A stretch of DNA of 62,446 bases from Candidatus Micrarchaeota archaeon (GCA_021791245.1 JAJYWY010000003.1:1-62446); one strand, 5' to 3'. Positions 8,816 to 17,856 are shown, counted from the stretch's first letter. Made by a program: numbers and translations. Notes: generated by a model from the letters alone, not told the origin.

Positions 8816-9865
8816 TCAGCTGCCGTTTGTGCTAGTGCCGTTATAAACAGCCTGGAATTCGCACGAATATTGCACGGATGCATTATTTATCAGTTTGCAG
8901 ATGGAGAAATTTCCCTTATTTAAGGCTATATTGGAATAGCATTGGTAGGATAACTGCTCCGGAAGATTTCCGCATGCCGAAACATTTCCTGAAGAGACTG
9001 CATTGGACAGGGATATGAAGTAGCTGCAGTATGCATTACCTGCACATGTGGAATTTCGCTGCGTACTATTGTATTCCTGTGAGGCATTATACGTAAACTG
9101 CTGATAGCACACGCCAGCAATATACTGATTGCTTATGCCTGCACAATATGTGTAGTTTTTCTGCTTTATGGCAGCCACCGCCAAGCAGAAGTCCTTGCTT
9201 GATATGCTGCTGTTCAGGCTAACTTCCTCGACAAGGGCTTCTGATTCATTAATTGTAAATCCTGACAATATCATGCCAATGTCTACGTTAGCCATCGTGC
9301 CTTCAAGGTATGAGCATCCTGCAGGAGATGCAGATTCGATGGCATTTCCAATGGCAACCGTGTTTATGCACTCTTCCTTTTGGGTCCCGTTGCTCAGGGA
9401 ATAGCACATAGATGCATTGCGTGCAGGATAAGAGATGCCCAGCACGCACGCAAGCCTGTCCTGCGGAAGCGAGCCCGAGCATAGCTTATAATTATTTGTT
9501 GCGTTTGCAACGTACAGGAAACATGAGCTTCCATAGCTTTCGTTTGCAGCTGCGGAAGATGCGCACAGGCTCGAATTGAGCGTGCTTTCGGCTATTGCGG
9601 AATAGCATTCAGATGACATCAGCGGCGGAAGAGGTCCGCACATCTGGGGGGAGTTGGATGCAAGCGCGGCAGAATATATGCAGTCATATCTGCTCCCCTG
9701 CAGAATTATGTAATTGCACGAACCTGAAGCGTTCGCAAGGGCAGCTATGTAGAAGAGAAGCGCGGCTGCGGCGAGTGCAATCAACGCATAAAAGTACTTC
9801 TTTGTATTGCGGAACTTCTGTGCAGCTATGCTTTCCTCATCGTGCAATGACATTCCAAGAACCAT
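8816..9865 (-). CDS. secreted/membrane-anchored Cys-paired repeat glycoprotein, unknown function
   Basis: There is an N-terminal TM/signal (YFYALIALAAAALLFYIAALA). About 10 degenerate units of the form C-x(12-20)-C follow (e.g. SECYSAIAESTLNSSLC, SSCFLYVANATNNYKLC, SYQCYSNIALNKGNFSIC). N-x-S/T sequons are numerous. Confidence 0.6.
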   Translation of the reverse strand: MVLGMSLHDEESIAAQKFRNTKKYFYALIALAAAALLFYIAALANASGSCNYIILQGSRYDCIYSAALASNSPQMCGPLPPLMSSECYSAIAESTLNSSLCASSAAANESYGSSCFLYVANATNNYKLCSGSLPQDRLACVLGISYPARNASMCYSLSNGTQKEECINTVAIGNAIESASPAGCSYLEGTMANVDIGMILSGFTINESEALVEEVSLNSSISSKDFCLAVAAIKQKNYTYCAGISNQYIAGVCYQQFTYNASQEYNSTQRNSTCAGNAYCSYFISLSNAVSSGNVSACGNLPEQLSYQCYSNIALNKGNFSICKLINNASVQYSCEFQAVYNGTSTNGS

Positions 9866-10587
9866 TACATTATCTCCTGCGCCGAAAGAACGTTTATGCC
9901 ATCATCTATTATCTCGTAAGGCGCAGCTTCGAAACTGTGCTTTGACCCACGCATCTTTATCACTTCCATTGTCAGCAGCCGCTTGCTATCCAATCCTTTC
10001 TGGTACATTGTTATTATACCGTCGAATATGAAGTACTCCGGGGTAAAATGAAGGTTGCTCTGCTCAAGGCTGTGCAGATCCGCAGTCATTATTGAAGTAA
10101 GGCCAAGCCTCCTTAGGTTGGACAGGAGCGCTATCATGGCTTTCCTGTATGAAAGTTCGTTGTTGATCATTATCTTAAGCAAGGATATGGAATCTATCAC
10201 TATCCTATTGGCCTTTGCTGAAGTTGTTATGTATTCTATCTCAGAGACTAATTTTCCAAACTGGTAGTCAGACTGGTCACCTGCTGCGGATATTCCAGCA
10301 GTGGTTTCATCGCCCACTATTGATATTTTCTTCTCGATGAGCAATTGGTCTATATCGCTGAGCTTCGGGAATGCAAGCTTAAAATCTGTTATCACTCTTT
10401 CCGGTTCCTCGTCAAATGCGAAGAACACGCAGTTGTTGCCAAGTTTGGCGTTGTTGTATAGGAATTCGAATGATAGCAGTGTCTTCCCCGTTCCTGGCCC
10501 TCCTCCAAGTATTACCTGGCTTCCTAAAGGTATGCCGCCATACAGCATCGCGTCAAGCCCTTTTATGCCAAACTTTACTTTTTCCAT
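9865..10587 (-). CDS. KaiC-like RecA-superfamily ATPase
   Basis: GIKGLDAMLYGGIPLGSQVILGGGPGTGKTLLSFEFL carries the Walker A motif. A hydrophobic strand ending in D (NRIVIDSI) serves as Walker B. MEVIKMRGSKHSFEAAPYEIIDDGINV is the typical KaiC-domain C-terminus. Confidence 0.8.
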   Translation of the reverse strand: MEKVKFGIKGLDAMLYGGIPLGSQVILGGGPGTGKTLLSFEFLYNNAKLGNNCVFFAFDEEPERVITDFKLAFPKLSDIDQLLIEKKISIVGDETTAGISAAGDQSDYQFGKLVSEIEYITTSAKANRIVIDSISLLKIMINNELSYRKAMIALLSNLRRLGLTSIMTADLHSLEQSNLHFTPEYFIFDGIITMYQKGLDSKRLLTMEVIKMRGSKHSFEAAPYEIIDDGINVLSAQEIM

Positions 10588-10664
10588 CTAAAGCAACGGA
10601 TAAAGGATGCATAAAAGGATATATAATTATTATCAGGATTAATCATACGTAAATAAGTGGTTCT

Positions 10665-11378
10665 ATGAATAAAAGTCTAGCCAAGAAAGGACTTATAGTC
10701 CTTGCAGCTTCTATAATTCTCTTCGTAATAATAAGCATGTCTATCACGTCATCTCCGTATGGGCAGATCCCGTCGAACGTGTCGCTTGGGCACGGCAAAT
10801 ACTATTACGTACCGCTTATAGTGAACAATTCGCAGATAGTGACGATCTTTTTCCAATCCACAAATTCCACAACATTCCTTCTTCTCAATTCAAGCGGTTT
10901 CAGCAGGCTAAGCTCTGCATACAACAGCACTGGCACATTTCCCAGGTTCAAATCGCTTGAAGGATTAGGATTGATAGAAGGGCTTTCCAATACAACATCA
11001 GGCTCATTCCCTTATATTAATTCTTCAACTTCATCATCATACTTTAACAAAAACATGAGCCTGCTCCAAAATGGCAGCTACTATGCGATATTCTACAATC
11101 CATCGCAATCTACAAACGAAGTGTATTATATATTTAGCAAAAATTCAGAGACCTTGCTCTTTCTTCAGGGAATAGGCTCAATATTTACGATACTGCTGTT
11201 TGCCGCAGGCGTAATAATCATAATATATGCACTGATAAAGGGACCTGGAAAACTGCAGAGCAATCAGGAAGACCAGAAAAGAGCCCTTATAGAAGCAGAA
11301 TACAGCAAGATAGAGAAGGGTGGCAAAAAGGGAACCAAGCAAGGAAATGGGAAGACAGGGAAGAATAATCAGGATTAA
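10665..11378 (+). CDS. membrane-anchored extracellular glycoprotein, unknown function
   Basis: It has an N-terminal TM, a Ser/Asn-rich sequon-dense ectodomain, a C-terminal TM (IFTILLFAAGVIIIIYALI) and a Lys-rich tail. Confidence 0.5.
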   Translation: MNKSLAKKGLIVLAASIILFVIISMSITSSPYGQIPSNVSLGHGKYYYVPLIVNNSQIVTIFFQSTNSTTFLLLNSSGFSRLSSAYNSTGTFPRFKSLEGLGLIEGLSNTTSGSFPYINSSTSSSYFNKNMSLLQNGSYYAIFYNPSQSTNEVYYIFSKNSETLLFLQGIGSIFTILLFAAGVIIIIYALIKGPGKLQSNQEDQKRALIEAEYSKIEKGGKKGTKQGNGKTGKNNQD

Positions 11379-11384
11379 GTACTG

Positions 11385-12086
11385 GTGCAACATATGGACA
11401 CACTCGAAGAGAGAATAGCAGGAGAAATAGCGCTTTCCGAAAGCCCTGGCAGCGTGATGAAGAAGTGGCGCGAACTTTTCGGCATATCTCAGACGGAACT
11501 TGCGCAGTACATAAAAATATCTGCGTCTACAATAAGCGACTATGAAGGGAACAGGAGGACAAGTCCAGGAGTGAATGTGATAAGGAGGTTCGTGACAGCC
11601 CTTGTCGAGATAGACAACTCTAAAGGGGGAGAGGTTATAAGGAATCTGGAGAAAATGAAGCCTTCAAAAGACGACGAGGATAAGTTCTACCTTCTCAAGG
11701 ACTTCTCAATGCCGATAAGCGGCACGGACTTCGCGCGGATAATAGAGGCTAAAATAGCGGCTAACCCGAATTATCTCGATTCGATAAAGATCTTCGGATA
11801 TACCCTAATAGACAGCATCAGGCTTATACTGGAAGTGGCGCCAGGCGAATACCCGAAGCTCTTCGGTTCTACTTCGGAGCGCGCTTTCATATTCGATCAG
11901 GTCTCCACAGGGAGGTCCCCGATGGTGGTAATAAGAGTTGCCCCAATAAAGCCAAGGATAGTTGTCATAAGGAACATAGATTCGATGGACAAGCTTGCCA
12001 TAAAGATAGCGCAGATAGAGAAGATACCGATACTTACTACAAAGCTCAGCATAGAGGAGTTGAAGTCAAGGCTTAACAACATATGA
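11385..12086 (+). CDS. XRE-type HTH transcriptional regulator (archaeal COG1395-like)
   Basis: MKKWRELFGISQTELAQYIKISASTISDYEGNRR is a canonical XRE helix-turn-helix. GTG is at 11385 and ATG at 11394. Confidence 0.75.
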   Translation: MQHMDTLEERIAGEIALSESPGSVMKKWRELFGISQTELAQYIKISASTISDYEGNRRTSPGVNVIRRFVTALVEIDNSKGGEVIRNLEKMKPSKDDEDKFYLLKDFSMPISGTDFARIIEAKIAANPNYLDSIKIFGYTLIDSIRLILEVAPGEYPKLFGSTSERAFIFDQVSTGRSPMVVIRVAPIKPRIVVIRNIDSMDKLAIKIAQIEKIPILTTKLSIEELKSRLNNI

Positions 12087-12161
12087 GATGCGCGGATGCA
12101 CATCAAGATTTTATATATTATCATGCAGTTGTATTCATTAAAATTCACCCAGCGTATTTGA

Positions 12162-13124
12162 ATGGACAAGGGGAAGGCAAAAACATGTTTCGTTACAGGT
12201 GGCAACGGCAAGCTAGGCCAGAGGCTGATAAAGGAGCTCTTAGCGAAAGGATTCAAAGTAAAGGCGCTTGTGAAGAGCAATGACAGGGTCGTATCCCTTC
12301 CTGCCGGAGTCATACCTTACATAGGGGATATTTCTGACAGGCATGTACTCGAAGATGCATGCAAGAATACAAACTATGTCTTCCATCTTGCTGCCATAGT
12401 AAGCCAGAACAAGAAGTTCACATCAGAGATAATCAGCGTTAACGTGGAAGGGACAAGGAATATCCTTGAAGCTGCGGAAAAGGCGGGCGCTGACAGGTTC
12501 GTGTATCCGAGCAGCATTGACGTGTACGGGATAAAGAGAAAGGAAATGCTAACAGAGGAGAGCAGGCCAAAGACAGAGGATAGGTATGGATATAGCAAAC
12601 TGCTCGCAGAGAAGGAGATATCAAAGTTCACAGCGTCGCTTCCATCGACCATACTAAGGCTCTCTACAATATACGGCACAGGGTTTGAGAAATCGTTCTT
12701 CAAGGTATTCGATGCCATAAGCAAAGGCAAGATGTATATAATAGGAAGCGGCAAGAACAATCTTGCCATAGTACATGAGAATGATGCTGCGAATGCGCTC
12801 CTGCTTGCTGCTGAGAAGACTCCGGACAGGACAAGCGAAATATTCAACATAACTGACGGAGCTATGCATACGCAGCAGTCGTTGATAAACATGGCTGCTG
12901 ATTTGCTCGGCGTGGAGAGGCCCATGAAGCATCTCAATGAATTCATGGTTAAAATAATAGCGAAGACCAGGGATCTTGACGTTGATGAGCTGCGCTTTCT
13001 AACTAGCAACAGGCAAGTTAGCATAGACAAGGCAAAGCGCATTTTAGGATATTCCCCAAAGGTAAGCGTTGAGAAAGGGGGCAAGGAACTTGTTGAGGAG
13101 TTCCTAAAAGTTTCCAAGCAGTGA
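12162..13124 (+). CDS. NAD-dependent epimerase/dehydratase (extended SDR)
   Basis: FVTGGNGKLGQRL is the GxxGxxG Rossmann motif, and DRYGYSKLLAEK is the YxxxK catalytic motif. Confidence 0.85.
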   Translation: MDKGKAKTCFVTGGNGKLGQRLIKELLAKGFKVKALVKSNDRVVSLPAGVIPYIGDISDRHVLEDACKNTNYVFHLAAIVSQNKKFTSEIISVNVEGTRNILEAAEKAGADRFVYPSSIDVYGIKRKEMLTEESRPKTEDRYGYSKLLAEKEISKFTASLPSTILRLSTIYGTGFEKSFFKVFDAISKGKMYIIGSGKNNLAIVHENDAANALLLAAEKTPDRTSEIFNITDGAMHTQQSLINMAADLLGVERPMKHLNEFMVKIIAKTRDLDVDELRFLTSNRQVSIDKAKRILGYSPKVSVEKGGKELVEEFLKVSKQ

Positions 13125-13131
13125 TGCGCGC

Positions 13132-13767
13132 ATGGAGCAGGAGCAAAAAAGCATAGAATCGATTCCGCAACATATCCAGAAGGAGGCAAACGCTTTCCTC
13201 GCTTCTATAAAGAACGTGGATTTCTTCAAGCACGATAATGCTCCAAAGAAGGAATGGAAACTGTTTTATGGTGAAGATTGGAGCAAAGCTTTCGATGCTG
13301 CCAGAAATGCGATCGCGAAAGAGATGCTGATGGAAACTGCTTCCATAATAAAAAGGCAGGAGGAAGATCCAAATGCAAAGCCAGGAGTAATACACATGCC
13401 GAATACTTCAAGGGCAGTTGCAGATAGAACAGTGGCGCACGCGCTTAATGAAGTCGGCATTGGGGATGCGGCAGGTGCGTTGGATGCAAAAGTGATAAAG
13501 GCTACATTGGCGCAAGTTTCAAAGGCGATGAAGAACGAAAAGATTGAACTTCCAAAAGAAGTTGCAACATACGCATCTCTGGATTTTGCCCTTAATGCGG
13601 CATACATCATGGCAGGAGATAAGATACCGAAGGATGACGCAAACAGGAAGAACGCAGAGGCATTTTTGGAAGTCTGGAAAAAAGGCTACGCATTGTTCTG
13701 CGACTATAACGGAACGCTTTATGTTTACGCGCCTGCGCCAAAATCGCTTTTGGAAGCGAGGAGATAA
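13132..13767 (+). CDS. hypothetical protein
   Basis: 211-aa ORF with purine-rich coding-strand composition like its neighbours. I recognised no motif. A decayed copy of its C-terminus follows directly (next feature). Confidence 0.5.
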   Translation: MEQEQKSIESIPQHIQKEANAFLASIKNVDFFKHDNAPKKEWKLFYGEDWSKAFDAARNAIAKEMLMETASIIKRQEEDPNAKPGVIHMPNTSRAVADRTVAHALNEVGIGDAAGALDAKVIKATLAQVSKAMKNEKIELPKEVATYASLDFALNAAYIMAGDKIPKDDANRKNAEAFLEVWKKGYALFCDYNGTLYVYAPAPKSLLEARR

Positions 13768-13795
13768 ATCCCATAAACGCATGGTTCAATGGATA

Positions 13796-14035
13796 CGAAA
13801 TTTAACGTTTGGTTATATCCTAACCCACGATGCAGAATCCTTTTCAGATCAGTATAAGGAAAATGTCGGGAAGTTCTGGGTGGTCTAGAAAAAGGGCTAT
13901 GCGCTGTTTTATGATTACAGGAATTCTATATATGCGCTAGGCTTGAAATCCGAAGGAAACTCCAAGAATGCACAAAAGACCCCAGAGCACGCAAATACCA
14001 ATACCTCTCCTACCCTTGCAGAAGTAAAGAGATAA
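13796..14035 (+). pseudogene. decayed tandem duplicate of the 3' end of the 13132..13767 gene
   Basis: The frame of ORF 13544..13888 reads GYILTHDAESFSDQYKENVGKFWVV-TAG(13886-13888)-KKGYALFYDYRNSIYALGLKSEG...* (stop 14033-14035). The parent C-terminus is AYIMAGDKIPKDDANRKNAEAFLEVWKKGYALFCDYNGTLYVYAPAPKS. Confidence 0.55.
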
Positions 14036-14044
14036 AAACTGTTA

Positions 14045-14863
14045 TTGAGATTCTATACCGATTTGATGAAAGCCGGAAAAACAGAGAAATATATTTACGA
14101 AACCTTGGACACGAAAGGTGCAATGCTCTTCTCGCTCATAGATCCTGTGGACTACAAGACTCCGGACGAGGCAGTCGCATCCGCAGTGGCGTCAGTGGAG
14201 CATGGGGCCGACCTTATACTTGTTGGAGGGAGCATAGGCGCGCAAGGAGAACTTCTCGACTACGTGTCGAAAAGGGTAAAGGATAATATAGGAGGAACGC
14301 CGCTAGTCCTCTTCCCGGGGAACATAGCGACTCTTACAAGGTATGCCGATGCTGTCTACTTCATGTCCCTGCTCAACGCAAGGAACCCTTACTGGATAAT
14401 ACAGGCCCAGATGCTGTCTGCACCTATAATAAAGCATCTGAAATTAGAACCTCTTCCGGTTGGCTATATAGTCGTACATCCTGGAGGAACAGTAGGATGG
14501 GTAGGCGACGCGAATATGGTGCCAAGGGAAAAGCCAAAGATAGCTTCGGCCCTTGCAACAGCAGGGGAGTTCCTTGGAAACAGGCTCATCATAACAGATG
14601 CTGGCTCGAATCCTGCAATGCAGGGCTCGGGGCCAATCCCTCCAGATATAATAAGAGAGGTAAAGAGCGCCATAACTGTGCCTTACGTTGTCGCCGGCGG
14701 AATAACGGACAACGATAAGCTTAGGCTTGCGTATAAATCTGGGGCGGACATAGTGCAGATTGGCACTGCTATCGAAACTGCAGGCAACGTGAAGAGCGTG
14801 ATAGAGAGCTTCTCAAAGATAGCTAAGGAGGAAGGAGCCAGGAAGAGGAGGCAAACAAAATGA
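14045..14863 (+). CDS. geranylgeranylglyceryl phosphate synthase (PcrB/GGGPS family)
   Basis: Contains LIDPVDY, GADLILVGGS, LVLFPGN, YFMSLLNARNPYWIIQAQ and PYVVAGGI..........GADIVQIGTAIE, which together form the TIM-barrel GGGPS pattern. TTG start at 14045; ATG at about 14066. Confidence 0.85.
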   Translation: MRFYTDLMKAGKTEKYIYETLDTKGAMLFSLIDPVDYKTPDEAVASAVASVEHGADLILVGGSIGAQGELLDYVSKRVKDNIGGTPLVLFPGNIATLTRYADAVYFMSLLNARNPYWIIQAQMLSAPIIKHLKLEPLPVGYIVVHPGGTVGWVGDANMVPREKPKIASALATAGEFLGNRLIITDAGSNPAMQGSGPIPPDIIREVKSAITVPYVVAGGITDNDKLRLAYKSGADIVQIGTAIETAGNVKSVIESFSKIAKEEGARKRRQTK

Positions 14864-15984
14864 GAGAGATTGCCTCCCTTGAGCTAGGCGCAATTGCAAA
14901 AGAGCTTGTGCAGACAGAGGGAATGTTCATAAGAAAGTTCCAGGAGATTGGGGAGAACGAGTTCCAGATACACCTTTCCTCAAGCTCCATAGTAAAGAGA
15001 CTGATTTACATAAACCTTCTCAAATCCATAAACTTGACAGAATACGAGGAAAAAGTTGAGAGAAAAACAGGCTTTGCAACAGAAGTCATGCGGATTGTTG
15101 AAGGGGCAAAGGTAACTGGAATAGAGCAGCACTTCATGGACAGGATACTAATTATGAAACTAAGGGCAAGGCATGATATGGAATATGAAATAGTGGTTGA
15201 GATGTTCGGCAAGGGGAACATAATGCTCCTTCACGGAGGCTCCATTATCAGCGTGTACAAAACAATCCATCAGAAGGACAGGCTCATTGCGAGAAAATCG
15301 CAATATTCATTCCCTGAAGGCACGAACATGGATCTAGATTCGATAGATGAAAGATACATAAGCGATTCAATAGAGAAGATAAGTAATGATGAGGACAGGC
15401 TGATAAAATCATTTCTAAGGCATTTCGATTTCGGTCCTCTTTACGCAGAGGATACGATAATCAAGGCAGGTCTATCACCAAAAGAAACCGCAAGCAAGGC
15501 CATTGCCTCTGCTATTGCAAAGGAGAAATTGACTAAGGAAGTGCATAGGCTCGTATCAGAAGTGAAGGCGCAGCCTTCCCCAAGAATATATGCGGATGTA
15601 TCAGGGGCATACATAGATTACTCGATCTCTGACATAGGCAAATACGACGATTATAAGCCGCTTGGCTTTGATTCGCTTAGCAAGGCGCTGGACGAGTTCT
15701 TCAGGCAGAAAAGAGAAGAGCCAGAAGAGGATATAGGGTACATGGAGCTTGCGGCAAGCATAGAAAAGCAGAAGTCATTGCTCAATGAATACGAAACCGA
15801 GATAATAGGATACAAAGAGAGGGGTGACGCAATATTCAGGCATATGCACGGGATAAACAGGCTGATAGAATTTGCAAGAGGCAGGAAGAAGCCAGATCTT
15901 GATGAACTGAGAAGCAGTTTTCCAGAACTGAATGTAAAATCCATAGACCTTAAGAAGAAAGTAATATCTATTGATATAGAGTAA
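14860..15984 (+). CDS. NFACT-N domain protein (Rqc2/RqcH/FbpA-like), short form
   Basis: MREIASLELGAIAKELVQTEGMFIRKFQEIGENEFQIHL matches the NFACT-N start pattern. There is an HhH-like DFGPLYAEDTIIKAGLSPKE and a coiled coil. At 374 aa it lacks the C-terminal NFACT-R/DUF814 part. The start overlaps the GGGPS stop (ATGA). Confidence 0.6.
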   Translation: MREIASLELGAIAKELVQTEGMFIRKFQEIGENEFQIHLSSSSIVKRLIYINLLKSINLTEYEEKVERKTGFATEVMRIVEGAKVTGIEQHFMDRILIMKLRARHDMEYEIVVEMFGKGNIMLLHGGSIISVYKTIHQKDRLIARKSQYSFPEGTNMDLDSIDERYISDSIEKISNDEDRLIKSFLRHFDFGPLYAEDTIIKAGLSPKETASKAIASAIAKEKLTKEVHRLVSEVKAQPSPRIYADVSGAYIDYSISDIGKYDDYKPLGFDSLSKALDEFFRQKREEPEEDIGYMELAASIEKQKSLLNEYETEIIGYKERGDAIFRHMHGINRLIEFARGRKKPDLDELRSSFPELNVKSIDLKKKVISIDIE

Positions 15985-16038
15985 TTAGCGTAATAAAACA
16001 CAATAATAATTTAGTACAATTTAGGTGATAATGCGGAG

Positions 16039-16923
16039 ATAACGTTTCTTGGCACATCTGGCGCTACGCCAACAAAAGAAAGGATGATGCCCAGCGTTGC
16101 GCTTGCATACGATGGCTCGATATACCTCTTCGACTGCGGCGAGGGGACGCAGATGCAGATGATGAAGTTCGGCATTAACTTCTCTAAGGTTCAGGCAATA
16201 TTCATATCGCACATGCACGGGGATCATGTCATAGGAATGCCAGGCCTCCTTAGGACAATGGCGATCAACGGAAGGAAAGAGCGGCTTTCAATATACGTCC
16301 CAAAAGGCGAAGAAAAGAGGGCAAGATCCTTAATTTTCTTTGACAGTGCGATGATAAAATATAATGTAGAGATAAAAGGAATTAGGGGAGGAACCGTTTA
16401 CAGAGGCAAAAGATTCTCCATTTCATCATTCAAGCTTGTACATTCTGCGAAAACATACGGCTATGTATTTGAGGAAAGCGAAAAGACGAGGTTCATAAAA
16501 GAGAAATGCGAGAGGTTAGGCATAAAGGGAGAGATGTTCAGGTTCATTAGCGAAAAAGGGAAGATAAATGCAAATGGAAGGGTAATAGGGCTAGGAAGCG
16601 TATCGAGAAAGGAGAAAGGGAAGAAAATAGTGTATGCAACTGACACGCGGCCCTGCAAAAACACCGAGATCGCCGCAAGAGGTGCCGACGTACTTATACA
16701 CGAAGCCAATTATGCTGATGGGGAGAAAGAGTTTGCAGTAGAAAGAAAGCATTCCACGTCTGTCGAAGCTGCCAAAATTGCCAAAACAGCAAAGGCGAAG
16801 ATGCTTGTAATTACGCACATAAGCGCAAGATACAGGAATGCGCAGAAGCTTCTTGATGAAGCCAGGCACATATTCAAGAACTCGGAAGTTGCGCACGACG
16901 GCTATATTTTAAAGCTTGATTGA
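16039..16923 (+). CDS. rnz: ribonuclease Z (tRNA 3' endonuclease); start codon uncertain
   Basis: FISHMHGDHVIGMPGLL is the HxHxDH motif, and the MBL fold continues throughout. The first canonical start is ATG 16084. The open frame upstream encodes (A)EITFLGTSGATPTKER, the conserved RNase Z first strand, so I extend to ATA 16039, which follows a GGTGAT SD-like motif (16024-16029). Confidence 0.85.
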   Translation: MTFLGTSGATPTKERMMPSVALAYDGSIYLFDCGEGTQMQMMKFGINFSKVQAIFISHMHGDHVIGMPGLLRTMAINGRKERLSIYVPKGEEKRARSLIFFDSAMIKYNVEIKGIRGGTVYRGKRFSISSFKLVHSAKTYGYVFEESEKTRFIKEKCERLGIKGEMFRFISEKGKINANGRVIGLGSVSRKEKGKKIVYATDTRPCKNTEIAARGADVLIHEANYADGEKEFAVERKHSTSVEAAKIAKTAKAKMLVITHISARYRNAQKLLDEARHIFKNSEVAHDGYILKLD

Positions 16924-16958
16924 GTAAATTAGCAAAATAACAAAACGCAGAAATCAAA

Positions 16959-17029
16959 GGAGGCATAGTCTAGTGGCAGGATAGCAGATTGACATTCTGC
17001 AGACAGGAGTTCGATTCTCCTTGCCTCCA
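16959..17029 (+). tRNA. tRNA-Val(GAC)
   Basis: Acceptor GGAGGCA/TGCCTCC. The D arm is GTCT-AGTGGCA-GGAT with two G-U pairs. Anticodon stem GCAGA/TCTGC with loop TTGACAT (anticodon GAC). T arm AGGAG-TTCGATT-CTCCT. Discriminator A; no encoded CCA. Confidence 0.85.
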
Positions 17030-17244
17030 TCGCGCTTTGAGTTAGGCTCATCTACAGAAGATGCAACACAGCAACAATTCTATTCGTTGTGACCAATTAC
17101 TAGTAAACGCTACAAAAACTAATCATTACGTGAGGCACTTGATGCTATTCTCCGCTCTTTTATATACTTCCAATATCCCGACGCATTTAACCTGCCATAA
17201 TAGCTTAACCTTTTTATATATATCTGTTGCACTTAATAGTGAAA

Positions 17245-17817
17245 ATGTGTGATAAAATGACGTTACATGCCAAAACACGGAAAGCACAAAGCGCAATGGA
17301 GTACTTGATGACATACGGTTGGGCTATATTGATCATAGCCGTAGTGTTGGGAGTCCTCTTCAACATAGGTGTATTCAATGGTGCAGGAGCTCTTGGAACA
17401 TCATGTGTAGCATATTCTGGATTCTTATGCTCATCGCCAATACTAAGCCATACTACAGGAAACTTGATAGTGACAATAGGCCAGAATACAGGCACAAACT
17501 GGGCTTCTGCAAATATAGTGTTCGTGCCGCAGGGAAGCACAACATCAGGAGGAGTGCCACAGGTTAGCAGCGACCCACAGATTTCAAGCTTCAATTCAAT
17601 GAACACTTTTAATGGCGGTTCTGTTGGAGGCGCAGCAAATGTTCTAGGTTCATTCAACTCAGGCCAAAGCCAATCTGTAACTCTTGTAACCGGACAAAAC
17701 TCAGGGATAAATACAGGTACGTTGGTATCTGGAGCAATCTGGGCTGCATACACAGTCTCTGGATCGTCAAGCGTATATTACGTCCAGATGGCAACTGCAA
17801 ACCTGAAGGCAGTATAA
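17245..17817 (+). CDS. class III signal peptide (archaeal type IV pilin-like) protein
   Basis: The N-terminus ..KTRKAQSAMEYLMTYGWAILIIAVVLGVLF has a basic tip, a Q-S cleavage-type motif and a hydrophobic helix. The same QSAMEYLMTYGWAILI motif occurs at 36795. The TATA-like ttttatatatat (17211-17222) favours ATG 17245 or 17257 over TTG 17227. Confidence 0.75.
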   Translation: MCDKMTLHAKTRKAQSAMEYLMTYGWAILIIAVVLGVLFNIGVFNGAGALGTSCVAYSGFLCSSPILSHTTGNLIVTIGQNTGTNWASANIVFVPQGSTTSGGVPQVSSDPQISSFNSMNTFNGGSVGGAANVLGSFNSGQSQSVTLVTGQNSGINTGTLVSGAIWAAYTVSGSSSVYYVQMATANLKAV

Positions 17818-17825
17818 TCCTGCCT

Positions 17826-17856
17826 TCTTTTTCTTTTTTTTATTGTTATTTTTGTT
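17826..17856 (+). terminator. oligo-T archaeal terminator-like tract
   Basis: The tract tctttttcttttttttattgttatttttgtt lies 9 nt after the pilin-like gene stop. Confidence 0.4.

Noticed and set aside
12374-13189. 271-aa ORF on the minus strand, antisense to the epimerase gene.
   Set aside because: The + strand ORF has clear SDR motifs (GxxGxxG, YxxxK). The antisense product is Ser/Leu-rich with no motif, which is typical shadow-ORF composition.
16025-16042. Programmed frameshifting from the +1-frame ATG/GTG triplets near the RNase Z, RNase HII (45580-45588) and LeuRS (56048-56053) starts.
   Set aside because: The out-of-frame ORFs are only 3-9 codons long with no slippery heptamer. ATG/GTG/TTG triplets are expected by chance in two alternative frames. 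The GTG is part of the GGTG SD-like motif. Non-canonical initiation or a 1-nt assembly indel are simpler explanations. Long genes in the window show no internal frameshifts, which argues against pervasive homopolymer errors.
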